64,000 nt of DNA from Bacteroidia bacterium (GTDB taxonomy: Bacteria > Bacteroidota > Bacteroidia > UKL13-3): assembly GCA_014376805.1 (NCBI GenBank), contig JACMQU010000117.1, positions 102,144 through 166,143 on the forward strand, read 5' to 3'. Under the pieces are notes generated by a model, which was not told the DNA's origin, searched no databases, and was given only the letters and a program-made list of their open reading frames with translations. How positions within the stretch are numbered: the stretch's first letter is position 1; each line of letters starts with the position of its first letter. This document shows positions 10,509-19,675 of the stretch, in pieces. Position numbers and translations under genes: made by a program.

Positions 10509-11183
10509 GTGACCCAACCCAAACTATTTGAACAGTTTTCTGAAACACAAACAGAACATAAAGCTAAGCTGATGAAAGTGCTGCACCAGTACCTGCCGCA
10601 AAATTCAGTAGATTATTGTTCAGAGCTGATCATGTATTATAAAATGCATTTGCATATTGAGGTTGAACGCAAAGGCCGCTATGGAGATTATACGCCACAT
10701 TCCGGCAAAGGCTTTAGGATCTCGGTGAATCATAACCTTAGTAAATTTGAGTTCCTCATTACTTTTATTCATGAAATGGCGCATCATACAACCTATTTAA
10801 AATATGGTCCCAGACATGATGCGCATGGTGTTGAATGGAAGGATGAATTTAAGATAGTGATGCGGCCGTTTTTTATGATGGATATATTTCCTTATGATTT
10901 AAAAGCCATCCTTGCCAAACACATGCAAAATCCAAAATATTCGCAATCTGCAGATGTAAAACTCCTGGAGGTTTTGAAAAAGTATGATCTTCGTAAAGCG
11001 AACGTAATAACGCTTTCGCAATTACCCGATGGCACATTATTTACAATGAAAAAAGATTCGATGGTTTTACGCAGAATAAACAAATTACGCACTTACATTG
11101 CCTGCGAAAGCTTAGATGGTAAATGGAAATACAGGGTACATGCCATGGCAGAAGTATCTGTTTATATACAACCAATTCTGTAA
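10509..11183 (+). CDS. SprT-like zinc metallopeptidase domain protein
   Basis: An HExxH motif (FIHEMAHH) lies in a SprT-like context (RYGDYTP...). The start is uncertain: GTG at 10509 or ATG at 10572. Confidence 0.6.
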   Translation: MTQPKLFEQFSETQTEHKAKLMKVLHQYLPQNSVDYCSELIMYYKMHLHIEVERKGRYGDYTPHSGKGFRISVNHNLSKFEFLITFIHEMAHHTTYLKYGPRHDAHGVEWKDEFKIVMRPFFMMDIFPYDLKAILAKHMQNPKYSQSADVKLLEVLKKYDLRKANVITLSQLPDGTLFTMKKDSMVLRRINKLRTYIACESLDGKWKYRVHAMAEVSVYIQPIL

Positions 11184-11392
11184 TAATAAGTGTTCCTCCG
11201 GTATCTATCAAATTGGGTGCAATGCAATTAAATTTGTGCTTATACAGCCGGCTGTGTCACTTTATTTTTTACTTTATGTTTTTCAATAAAAAAAGAAGCA
11301 GTTATAGCGTAAGCTGAGCCTTCTTTTAAGTTAATAAAAACAGTCATCACATTCAGGTTTTTACCTAAAAGCCAAGAAAGAATAGCGAGCTG

Positions 11393-13519
11393 CTATCCGC
11401 CCTTCTTAGGCAAAGTAAAACAAAAACTGCTACCCTTGCCTTCTTCACTTTCTACCCAAATTTCACCACCATTTTTTTCAACAAATTCTTTGCATAACAT
11501 AAGCCCCAAACCGGTACCTTTTTCATTACCGGTTCCCTTGGTACTTGAATTTGAATGTTCGGTAAACAAAATAGATATTTTCTCCTTTGCAATACCAACA
11601 CCATTGTCTATAACAGAAATTTTTATATAGCTCTCTTCATCTTCAGAAATTATATTAACGGAACCTCCGTCGGAAGTAAATTTTAATGCATTAGAAAGCA
11701 GGTTACGCAAAACCAGATTTAACATATTTATATCGCCATACACGTGTGTATCTTCATCTACCTGATTGGTTAACTGAATTTGTTTATGAAAAGCCATACT
11801 GTTTAACAACTGGCAGTTTTCTTCTGCCAGTGCATATAAAGAAAGATCAGCCGCATTAATAGAAACTCCTTTAATCTGAGCTGATGCCCATACCAATAAA
11901 TTTTCCAATAAGTCTATGGTGTTTTGAACCGACGAAGCAACTTGTTTTCCTAATGAACTATGAGATTCGGGATTAAATTCTTTATGGCTGATCAGGTCGA
12001 AATACAATTTCATGGTAGTTAGATTATTTCTTAAGTCATGCGAGATAATAGAGAAGAAACGATCTTTAACCTGGTTAAGTTGTGTAAGCTGGTCCTTTTG
12101 GATTTCGTTCTCTTTATTTTTCTCTCCTAAATCTGTTAAACCCTGGGTAAGAGCCTTGTTAATTTTACGGTTTTGTGAAATAAAATAGCTGAATATAATA
12201 ACCAGTAATACTAATAAAACAGATAGAGTGATAAAGAAATTTTTTACCTGTGTTGTTTGTTTTAATTCAAGCTCTTTAACCTCATCATCTTTTTTATAGA
12301 GTTCTATCTGGTCTTGTTTTTTTTCCGTTTCATAAACCAGTTTTTCAGTTTCATATTCTTGCTGTATATCCAACGTTTTTTTCATTAAAGAATCATTGAA
12401 AAGAGAGTCTTTAATTTCACTACTTAAAGCTCTGAAGATTTTTGATTTCCCCAGGTCATTTAATGATTTATAAATCTCGGATAACCCGTTGTATGCTTCA
12501 TCAAGTTCTATATTGAGTCCGCTTTGTTTTGCATAGATAATAGATTGCCTGTATTCTGCACTTGCTGCTTCATAGTCTTTCATGTTTAGGTGACATTTAG
12601 CAAGTTTATTAAGGCCCTGCACCTGCAAGGGCAACGCATTTAAACCGGTTGCAATGGTTATGGCTCTCTTATACCGTACCACAGCCTGTTCAAAATGCTG
12701 CTGATCGGCGTCTAAATTGGCCAGACTTATAAGGGTGGCTGCTTCTCCGGCCCGATTTCCCAAATCCTTATATAAAGCAAGTGCTTTGCTATAGTATTCT
12801 TTGGCTTTTGTAATATTATTTTGTCTGTAATAAATGGATCCAACCTGTTCAAATATATTTAATTGTCTGAACCGATCATTCGTTTGTTCAAAAAGTTTAA
12901 GTGCTTTTAAATTATATTCTATAGCCTTACTAAAATTATTCTGACGGCTATATACTTCGGCAATGGAGGTATAAGCACTCAGTGAACCTATTAAAAGTTT
13001 ATTGGGTTCATAATAACGTAATGCTTCGAGGAATTTTTGAATAGCAGATGACAGGTTACCCTGTGAATAGAAAACAGTTCCAGTGAGGTATGCGAAATCA
13101 GCTTTAAAGCCAAAAAGTTGTTGAGACTCAGCTATCAGATAAGCTTTTGAAAGATAATCACGGGCCTCGTTAAAATTGCCCATTCCGATTTTTTGTATCG
13201 CAATTTGTTTTATACTTTCACAGTAAATGGTGTATTCTTTTTCAGCTTCGCTTTGTTTTGCAATTTGCTCAAATAGAATTATTGCCTGGGCAGGCTGGGC
13301 ATTAATTTTAGCTTTAGCAGCATTCAATTGCTGGCGGAGATCCGCTCTTAGAGAAAGCGTATCTTGTTGTGCTTTTAAAGAAGAAGCTGACGTAAAAATT
13401 AGCAGGCAAACAAATAGAAATATGTTTTTTCTAAAGCCGGCTAAAATTATTTTATTATAAAACAGATACAGAGAAGAGACAATTAATTTAAGTATATGTT
13501 TCCATGATCGGTAATTCAC
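11393..13519 (-). CDS. Sensor histidine kinase with a periplasmic/extracytoplasmic TPR array
   Basis: A signal or TM segment is followed by multiple TPR-like repeats, a TM helix, and a coiled coil. The H-box FFSIISHDLRNNL and the HATPase G-boxes DNGVGI and GTGLGLMLCKEF follow. The start is GTG. Confidence 0.88.
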   Translation of the reverse strand: MNYRSWKHILKLIVSSLYLFYNKIILAGFRKNIFLFVCLLIFTSASSLKAQQDTLSLRADLRQQLNAAKAKINAQPAQAIILFEQIAKQSEAEKEYTIYCESIKQIAIQKIGMGNFNEARDYLSKAYLIAESQQLFGFKADFAYLTGTVFYSQGNLSSAIQKFLEALRYYEPNKLLIGSLSAYTSIAEVYSRQNNFSKAIEYNLKALKLFEQTNDRFRQLNIFEQVGSIYYRQNNITKAKEYYSKALALYKDLGNRAGEAATLISLANLDADQQHFEQAVVRYKRAITIATGLNALPLQVQGLNKLAKCHLNMKDYEAASAEYRQSIIYAKQSGLNIELDEAYNGLSEIYKSLNDLGKSKIFRALSSEIKDSLFNDSLMKKTLDIQQEYETEKLVYETEKKQDQIELYKKDDEVKELELKQTTQVKNFFITLSVLLVLLVIIFSYFISQNRKINKALTQGLTDLGEKNKENEIQKDQLTQLNQVKDRFFSIISHDLRNNLTTMKLYFDLISHKEFNPESHSSLGKQVASSVQNTIDLLENLLVWASAQIKGVSINAADLSLYALAEENCQLLNSMAFHKQIQLTNQVDEDTHVYGDINMLNLVLRNLLSNALKFTSDGGSVNIISEDEESYIKISVIDNGVGIAKEKISILFTEHSNSSTKGTGNEKGTGLGLMLCKEFVEKNGGEIWVESEEGKGSSFCFTLPKKGG

Positions 13520-13522
13520 AAA

Positions 13523-14236
13523 TCAGGTTGTAATATTTTCAACCATTTTAAATCCTGAACCATGCACATTGATAATTTCTACACTGGGTTCGTCTTTTAA
13601 TAATTTTCTTAATTTGTTAATGTAAACATCAAGGTTTCTAGCAGTGTAAAAATCATCCCGGCCCCAAATGCTTAATAATAAACTGTTACGTGTTAGCAAC
13701 TGGTTTTTATTTTTAACAAACAGCTTCAGGAGTTCTCCTTCCGTACCACTCATTTTTTTCTCAGAGCCACCCATGAAAACAAGGTGATTGGGGAGATCAA
13801 TTTTAAGACTGCCTATCTCATAGGTTTCTTCTTTAACCATTATTTCCGGCTTCAATAAACTTGTGCGTTTTAGTACCGCTTTTATTCTGGCCACCAGCTC
13901 TTGTGTGCTGAATGGTTTTGTTATATATTCATCAGCACCCAAAGAAAAACCTTTCAGTTTATCTTCTTCAGCAGCATTTGCAGTTAAGAAAATAATAGGG
14001 GTAAAAGCATCTGCTTCCCGAACTAATTTTGCAAGTTCGAACCCATTTTTTTTAGGCATGTTTACATCAAATAAACATAAATCAAATCTTTCTTTCTGAA
14101 AAACCTGCCAGCCTTCTTCACCATCTTTACACAAATGGGTTGAATAACCTGCAAGTTTTAGATTTTCCTTCAGCAGCGTAGAAAGGGCGATTTCGTCTTC
14201 TACAATTAAAATGTGTGGTATAGAACCTATGCTCAT
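13523..14236 (-). CDS. OmpR-family response regulator (receiver + winged-helix)
   Basis: The receiver domain shows ILIVEDE...FDLCLFDVNMPKKNG...TA. A C-terminal Trans_reg_C-like region is present (LTRNSLLLSIWG...VYINKLRKLL). Its stop lies 3 nt upstream of the kinase start. Confidence 0.9.
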   Translation of the reverse strand: MSIGSIPHILIVEDEIALSTLLKENLKLAGYSTHLCKDGEEGWQVFQKERFDLCLFDVNMPKKNGFELAKLVREADAFTPIIFLTANAAEEDKLKGFSLGADEYITKPFSTQELVARIKAVLKRTSLLKPEIMVKEETYEIGSLKIDLPNHLVFMGGSEKKMSGTEGELLKLFVKNKNQLLTRNSLLLSIWGRDDFYTARNLDVYINKLRKLLKDEPSVEIINVHGSGFKMVENITT

Positions 14237-14440
14237 AATGGTTTAATTACTATACGAATTTAGTTTTTTACTTAACAAATTGTTTGCCCCTGTTTTAAAT
14301 ACATTATCTTTATGCGGGTAATTTTTAAATAATGTTAACTAATATTTCAATTAGATTCACGTTTTCAGGAGATTATTAGTTAATTTGAATTGAATTTTTA
14401 AGATAACCTTTAGAATAATTAAAGAATTTATTAAGAGCCC

Positions 14441-15331
14441 ATGCCTGTTTACCATGTAATACAACTTTTGCGAATCCCTTTTTCTTATTACCTCACTCCT
14501 GTTTTTTTATTTGCCCTGAGCATGGCAGAAACCTATAACATGGATAAAATTGTGTTGTTGTTTATTGCATTGCACCTATTTATTTATCCCGCAAGCAACG
14601 CATATAATAGTTTCATGGATCAGGATGAAAGTTCCGTTGGTGGATTAAAAAACCCACCTAAAGCTGGTAATGAAGTTTTCTATGTATCTATTGTTTTTGA
14701 TTTAATTGGACTGGGTATTTGTTATTATATTAGTATTTATTTATGTTTTCTGGTGCTGGGTTATGTAATTGTATCAAGAGCCTACAGCTGGCATGGTATC
14801 AGGTTAAAGAAATATCCGTTGATCAGTTTTCTAACTGTATTTGTTTTTCAGGGGGCATACATTTACGCACTGGTGTTTGTATTTACCCAAGACCTCCCTC
14901 TATATGAGATTATTTTACAAAACAATTTTGCTATTCCCGCACTTATTAGTTCAATGAATCTTGCCGGTATTTATCCACTTACACAGGTATATCAACACAA
15001 AGCTGATGAAAAGGCAGGCGATTATACCTTTAGCAGGTGGCTGGGTATTAGAGGGACTTTTGAGTTTTCCGCCGTTTGTTTTGCTGTGGTTGCCATCCTA
15101 ATGGGTTATCATTTTACGGGTACTAATCAGTCTCACTTATTTTATATTTTTATGTTGTTCATTTTTCCCGTAGTCGCTTATTTCTTATGGTGGGCCGCAA
15201 AGGTATGGATGGATGTGAAACAGGCTAATTTCAGATACACTATGATTCTGAACAAAGTTGCCTCTACCTCATTAAATCTTTATTTTTTAAGCATTATTGC
15301 GATCAAACATTTTCATGAGTTACCTCTATAA
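14441..15331 (+). CDS. UbiA-superfamily integral-membrane aromatic prenyltransferase
   Basis: It has about 8-9 TM helices. The first Asp-rich motif is NAYNSFMDQDES (NxxxDxxxD). A second acidic loop reads HKADEKAGD. Confidence 0.75.
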   Translation: MPVYHVIQLLRIPFSYYLTPVFLFALSMAETYNMDKIVLLFIALHLFIYPASNAYNSFMDQDESSVGGLKNPPKAGNEVFYVSIVFDLIGLGICYYISIYLCFLVLGYVIVSRAYSWHGIRLKKYPLISFLTVFVFQGAYIYALVFVFTQDLPLYEIILQNNFAIPALISSMNLAGIYPLTQVYQHKADEKAGDYTFSRWLGIRGTFEFSAVCFAVVAILMGYHFTGTNQSHLFYIFMLFIFPVVAYFLWWAAKVWMDVKQANFRYTMILNKVASTSLNLYFLSIIAIKHFHELPL

Positions 15332-16388
15332 TATTGCCTGTTGTTTGCCCGATTTTAAAATGGCACAGCGGGATTTAGCAACCTACATGTCTGCACTTTA
15401 TTCTATATCTGATAAGGATAAAGACAAGATCAGGATTATGTATGAAAGAAGCGGTATTGATTATCGTTTCAGTTGTTTGCCGGATTTTGATCCGGCTGCA
15501 AAGAATAAATTATTCACTGATACCACAAGTGAACCCGGAATGAGCGACCGTATGAATATTTATTTTAAAGAGGCTGTTCCACTGGCAAAAAGAACTGCCG
15601 AGCAAAGTAAAAAAAACGAAGTTGTAACACATCTCATCTCCGTTTCCTGCACGGGTATGGCTGCTCCCGGGTTAGATCTGTTACTGGTTAAAGCACTTGG
15701 TTTGAACCCCACTTTAGAACGTACATCGGTTAATTTTATGGGTTGCTATGCGCTTTTTCATGCCCTTAAGATGGCTGATCATATTTGTAAAAGTACTTCA
15801 AATGCAAAAGTGTTAATTGTTTCTGTGGAACTATGTACACTCCATTTTCAAAAAACTTATTCATCAGATCAGGTGGCTGCTAATTTATTATTTGGCGACG
15901 GTGCATCTGCTTGTATAGTGAGCGCTGAAAAACCAGTAAATGAAAAGTATTTTTGTATTAACCGCTTCTATTCAGAAATTATAGAAAAAGGGGAGAATGA
16001 TATGACCTGGCGATTAAGTGAAACAGGATTTCTGATGACCCTGAGTGCTTATATACCGGCTTTAATTGAAGCGGGTATAGGTGCTATAACCAAAAAGGCA
16101 TTACAACAATTGAAGGTTCAGCAAAACGCAATTGAACATTGGGCTATACACCCCGGAGGAAGAAGAATATTGGATAATATTCAGAAAGAATTAAAATTAC
16201 CGCAGCATGCGCTGAAAGATTCTTATAAAGTTTTAAAAGAGGTAGGAAATTTATCAAGTGCAACACTTTTATTTGTTTTGAACCAAATTATAAACAGTGA
16301 GAATTATAACCCTATACAGCCGGTATTTGCAGCCGGTTTTGGCCCGGGCTTAACTGTAGAAACTATGTTGATGAACTGCCAGGTTTGA
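15315..16388 (+). CDS. Type III polyketide synthase (chalcone/stilbene synthase family)
   Basis: The Cys-His-Asn triad is in its expected contexts: VSCTGMAAPG, WAIHPGGRRILD and GNLSSATLLFVL, with a C-terminal GFGPGLT. The ATG at 15315 overlaps the UbiA gene end by 17 nt. Confidence 0.9.
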   Translation: MSYLYNIACCLPDFKMAQRDLATYMSALYSISDKDKDKIRIMYERSGIDYRFSCLPDFDPAAKNKLFTDTTSEPGMSDRMNIYFKEAVPLAKRTAEQSKKNEVVTHLISVSCTGMAAPGLDLLLVKALGLNPTLERTSVNFMGCYALFHALKMADHICKSTSNAKVLIVSVELCTLHFQKTYSSDQVAANLLFGDGASACIVSAEKPVNEKYFCINRFYSEIIEKGENDMTWRLSETGFLMTLSAYIPALIEAGIGAITKKALQQLKVQQNAIEHWAIHPGGRRILDNIQKELKLPQHALKDSYKVLKEVGNLSSATLLFVLNQIINSENYNPIQPVFAAGFGPGLTVETMLMNCQV

Positions 16389-18992
16389 TTACGAGTTCTG
16401 TTTGAAACCAATTCCTCTGTTCGGTTTTTGCGCAAACGGATCAATTTTAAATTCTTCTACATCTTCCAGATGCAGCGTTCTAATCATATCAGACGACCGA
16501 TCGGTTGCCTCTAGTTTAGCCAATCGTAAATGCTGATTTTTGATAGTCTCCTCAACAAGTTTACGCACGTTACGCGCATTGCCGAAGTTGCGGTTACGTG
16601 TTAGGTATAAGAACTCAAGATATGCGTTTAAATGCTGTGCTGAAGCTTCGTCAGGGGTAATCATATTCGCAGCTAACATTTTAATTGCAATATCATATAA
16701 CTGTATGGCTGTATAATCTTCAAAATGCATTTCGCGATCAAACCTTGATCTTAAACCTGGGTTACTTTCAAGAAACTGTTTCATGTTTTCAGTGTAACCG
16801 GCTACAATTACTATAAAATCTCCCCGGTTGTCTTCCATTCTTTTTAAAATAGTCTCTATGGCTTCTTTACCAAAATCGGCCTCACCACCTTCACTTAAAG
16901 CATAAGCCTCATCAATAAATAAAACCCCGCCCTGTGCCTTGTTTAATACCTCTGTTGTTTTTATTGCAGTTTGTCCAACAAAGCCTCCAACCAAAGCCTG
17001 CCTGTCACACTCAACAAGGTTCCCTCTTTCCAGAATGCCAAGTGCTTTATAAACTTGCGCAAGTATACGTGCAACAGTTGTTTTACCTGTTCCCGGATTG
17101 CCGGTAAACACAGCATGCAAGGAGAAACTCTGCCGAACATCTTTTCCTATCTCTTTATAAAACCGCACTAATTTAACCAGTTCATCAATTTCATTTTTAA
17201 CGGTGGCTAACCCAATCATATTATGCAATGTTGACAAAGCTGATTTTAATAAATCTTCATCAATAGGAATATCAGCCAGGTTCTTTACTTTACCTTGAAA
17301 TATTTTTTCAATATCAATATTATTAATAGTGGACAGTTCCACATTACTCAAATCATTAGGATTTATTGATTGCATTAAACGTAAACCCATGTTCATTTTG
17401 CTTTCGTCCACAAGAGAGTTTACATAGCGCGCATTGCCAAACATTTTATCACGGTTACGATATGCTTCTACGAGTTTTTTATAGAGATAATCCCGACCAT
17501 CAGCACTTAATAATACGCCTCGTTTTAACATAGTAAAATCAGCAATCAACATAAGTTCCTGAGGCAGATAATCGGCAAATTCATAAAACATACTGAACCT
17601 TGATTTCATGCCCGGATTGGATTCCAGAAAGCTACTCATTTCATTTGGATAACCTGCAACAATAATTGCCAGGTCACCATCACCGTCGCTCATTTCCTTC
17701 AATAATATTTCGATTGCTTCTTTGCCAAAATCTTTCGAGTCATCATTTTTTCGGGCTAGTGCATAGGCTTCATCAATAAATAAAATTCCGCCTTTTGCTT
17801 TTTTAATTACCTCTTTGGTTTTAGGTGCTGTTTGTCCAATATATTCGGCAACAAGATCACTTCTGTCTACTTCCAGCACGTGCCCTTTAGATAATAACCC
17901 CAATTGATGGTAAATTTTCCCCAACATTTTAGCCACCGTTGTTTTTCCGGTACCCGGATTGCCAGTAAAAACAGCATGTAAATTTATTTTTTCTGTATCA
18001 TCAAAACCTTTTTCTTTTCTTATTTTTAAGAAGTTCAGATAGGTGGTATATTCTTTAACTTTTTTCTTAATAGATTCTAATCCAATTAAGTCGTCCAGTT
18101 CCTTAAGCACATCATCCATTTTGGTTTCAGTAACAGAAGGTTTAATTATTTCTTTAGGTTTTACTTTAACCGGTTCAATAATTTGTTCTTCCATAAAGGC
18201 CTCTCCCACTGCAAAAGGTATGGTAGAAATTATCTGATCCATAAAAACAATGCTAATGGAATATTCATCAATGCCCCAAGTTCCTTTTAACTCACTGCCC
18301 CAACCTATACTGCATTCAAAAGTTTTCTCTGATGGTTCAACAAAAATTAATTTTTCTATTGAACCTTTTAACTGACCCGTATGTGTATTAAAATAAAATT
18401 GTAATTCACAAGGCCAGGTGAGAGGTTCTATAATCAGATTATCCATCAGCATTTCGAGCCATACATAGCGGGTACTTTCACTGCTAAAAACTGAAAAATA
18501 TTTACGATCTTTTTTAGCAACATTACTTTCAGAGCCTTCGTACAGGCGTACCTTTTTAATATTAAAAAAAGGATTTACAGTTTCTGAAACGATGCCGATA
18601 TCTATTACATAAAATATTTTTTCTGCTACATAAATTTCATCTATCCATGCCTCCCAGCGATAGGTGCCTTTTTTCCAATAGTTACCTGGGGTTTTTACAC
18701 CCCACCCTTCTCTGATAAATACAATGTTCTCATCTTTTAAAATACTTCTTTCAGCAGTAAGGTTACATACTTCAACTCCATCTTCCTGGTTAACACATTT
18801 AAGGCTTATACGAACATTCCAATCGTCTTCATCAAAAAATTTATTGAAAAATGATAGCTCACAATAGATGAACGTACACTCAGCCTCATCATACACGAGC
18901 CTGTATTTCTTTTCATTATTGGCCAACCATTCAGTTGAACCAAAAATTTTCAAGTCTCTAAACTTGTAATTTTGTGGAAGTTCTTTTGCCAT
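16389..18992 (-). CDS. Tandem-AAA+ ATPase (two CbxX/CfxQ/SpoVK-type modules) with a duplicated N-terminal domain of unknown function
   Basis: Two copies of VFTGNPGTGKTTVA (Walker A) are each followed by ILFIDEAYAL (Walker B) and IVAGY...NPGxxSRF. The first ~290 aa contain two related beta-rich segments. Confidence 0.85.
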   Translation of the reverse strand: MAKELPQNYKFRDLKIFGSTEWLANNEKKYRLVYDEAECTFIYCELSFFNKFFDEDDWNVRISLKCVNQEDGVEVCNLTAERSILKDENIVFIREGWGVKTPGNYWKKGTYRWEAWIDEIYVAEKIFYVIDIGIVSETVNPFFNIKKVRLYEGSESNVAKKDRKYFSVFSSESTRYVWLEMLMDNLIIEPLTWPCELQFYFNTHTGQLKGSIEKLIFVEPSEKTFECSIGWGSELKGTWGIDEYSISIVFMDQIISTIPFAVGEAFMEEQIIEPVKVKPKEIIKPSVTETKMDDVLKELDDLIGLESIKKKVKEYTTYLNFLKIRKEKGFDDTEKINLHAVFTGNPGTGKTTVAKMLGKIYHQLGLLSKGHVLEVDRSDLVAEYIGQTAPKTKEVIKKAKGGILFIDEAYALARKNDDSKDFGKEAIEILLKEMSDGDGDLAIIVAGYPNEMSSFLESNPGMKSRFSMFYEFADYLPQELMLIADFTMLKRGVLLSADGRDYLYKKLVEAYRNRDKMFGNARYVNSLVDESKMNMGLRLMQSINPNDLSNVELSTINNIDIEKIFQGKVKNLADIPIDEDLLKSALSTLHNMIGLATVKNEIDELVKLVRFYKEIGKDVRQSFSLHAVFTGNPGTGKTTVARILAQVYKALGILERGNLVECDRQALVGGFVGQTAIKTTEVLNKAQGGVLFIDEAYALSEGGEADFGKEAIETILKRMEDNRGDFIVIVAGYTENMKQFLESNPGLRSRFDREMHFEDYTAIQLYDIAIKMLAANMITPDEASAQHLNAYLEFLYLTRNRNFGNARNVRKLVEETIKNQHLRLAKLEATDRSSDMIRTLHLEDVEEFKIDPFAQKPNRGIGFKQNS

Positions 18993-19173
18993 AAACGTTT
19001 TTATCTGCTATCAATAAAACAACATTTCTTAGACAAACAGCATACCTAAATGTGAAAAAATACTTAAAATTTACTTTTTAAGATTAAACAACTTAAAATC
19101 TGTTACTTATGATGTACACAAAATGGGTGTAGAATAAAATTTTGTACAAATATTTAAAAGTTAAAAATAACAC

Positions 19174-19203
19174 TTGATTTTTTAAAAAGGTGTGATACAT
19201 TTG
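19174..19203 (+). promoter_or_regulatory. Candidate Bacteroidota sigma-A promoter for the tRNA-Ser/tRNA-Pro unit
   Basis: TACATTTG (TAnnTTTG) lies at 19196-19203. A TTG lies at 19174-19176, 19 nt upstream. The box ends 21 nt before the tRNA-Ser 5' end. Confidence 0.4.
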
Positions 19204-19224
19204 CACTCCTTTAGAATTCAGCAC

Positions 19225-19316
19225 GGAGAGATGGGTGAGTGGCTGAAACCACCGGTTTGCTAAACCGACATACGCTGCAAAGTGTATCGAGGGTTCGAAT
19301 CCCTCTCCCTCCGCCA
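19225..19316 (+). tRNA. tRNA-Ser (anticodon GCT), type II with a long variable arm and encoded CCA
   Basis: Manual fold. The acceptor is GGAGAGA/TCCCTCC with one A:C mismatch. The anticodon loop is TTGCTAA. There is a long extra arm. The T-arm is GAGGG-TTCGAAT-CCCTC. Confidence 0.85.
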
Positions 19317-19317
19317 T

Positions 19318-19500
19318 TGATCGTCGTAGCTTTACCGAAGGCGATCATCGATCAACGTAGCTTAAGTAAAAGGTGATCATCGATCTCCTTATCTTTAGCA
19401 AAGTAGATCATCGGTTGCCACAGCAAAAGCAACTAACGGTCACCATAACCTTTTGTAAAGGTGACCATTTAAGCCTGGGAAGACGATCATTGATTAACTG
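19318..19500. repeat. Degenerate tandem repeat (period about 23-33 bp) with a GATCATCG core, between two tRNA genes
   Basis: Core copies start at 19319 (GATCGTCG), 19343, 19375 and 19406 (GATCATCG). Further copies start at 19439 (GTCACCAT), 19462 (GACCATTT) and 19485 (GATCATTG). GATCATCGATC is exact at 19343 and 19375. Several units can form short hairpins, e.g. GGTCACC-N15-GGTGACC at 19438-19466. Confidence 0.7.
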
Positions 19501-19554
19501 GTCGCTGGATAATAAGAGAATAATCCGCTTTCACTAAAGCTATTGCGGATAGAT

Positions 19555-19628
19555 CGGGGTGTAGCGTAGCCTGGTATCGCGCCACATTTGGGATGTGGAG
19601 GTCGTAGGTTCGAATCCTGCCACCCCGA
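19555..19628 (+). tRNA. tRNA-Pro (anticodon TGG)
   Basis: Manual fold. The acceptor is CGGGGTG/CACCCCG. The anticodon stem is CCACA/TGTGG with loop TTTGGGA. The T-loop is TTCGAAT. CCA is not encoded. Confidence 0.9.
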
Positions 19629-19642
19629 CTGTTAATGAGATC

Positions 19643-19675
19643 AAGCCTTTCAGAAATTCTGGAAGGCTTTTTTTA
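19643..19675 (+). terminator. Rho-independent terminator after tRNA-Pro
   Basis: The stem AAGCCTTTC/GGAAGGCTT (9 pairs including one G:U) has a 9-nt loop and is followed by a T-run. Confidence 0.65.

Noticed and set aside
16386-16391. Stop codons of the convergent PKS and AAA+ genes abut exactly (TGA|TTA), with no intergenic terminator
   Set aside because: The observation is real, but it is probably just compact genome organisation. I mention it under the PKS finding rather than as a separate system.
19318-19500. Could the periodic GATCATCG repeat between the tRNAs be a CRISPR array?
   Set aside because: The units are only 23-33 bp in total and highly degenerate. There is no repeat/spacer alternation of constant repeat length. 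No cas genes are present in the window.
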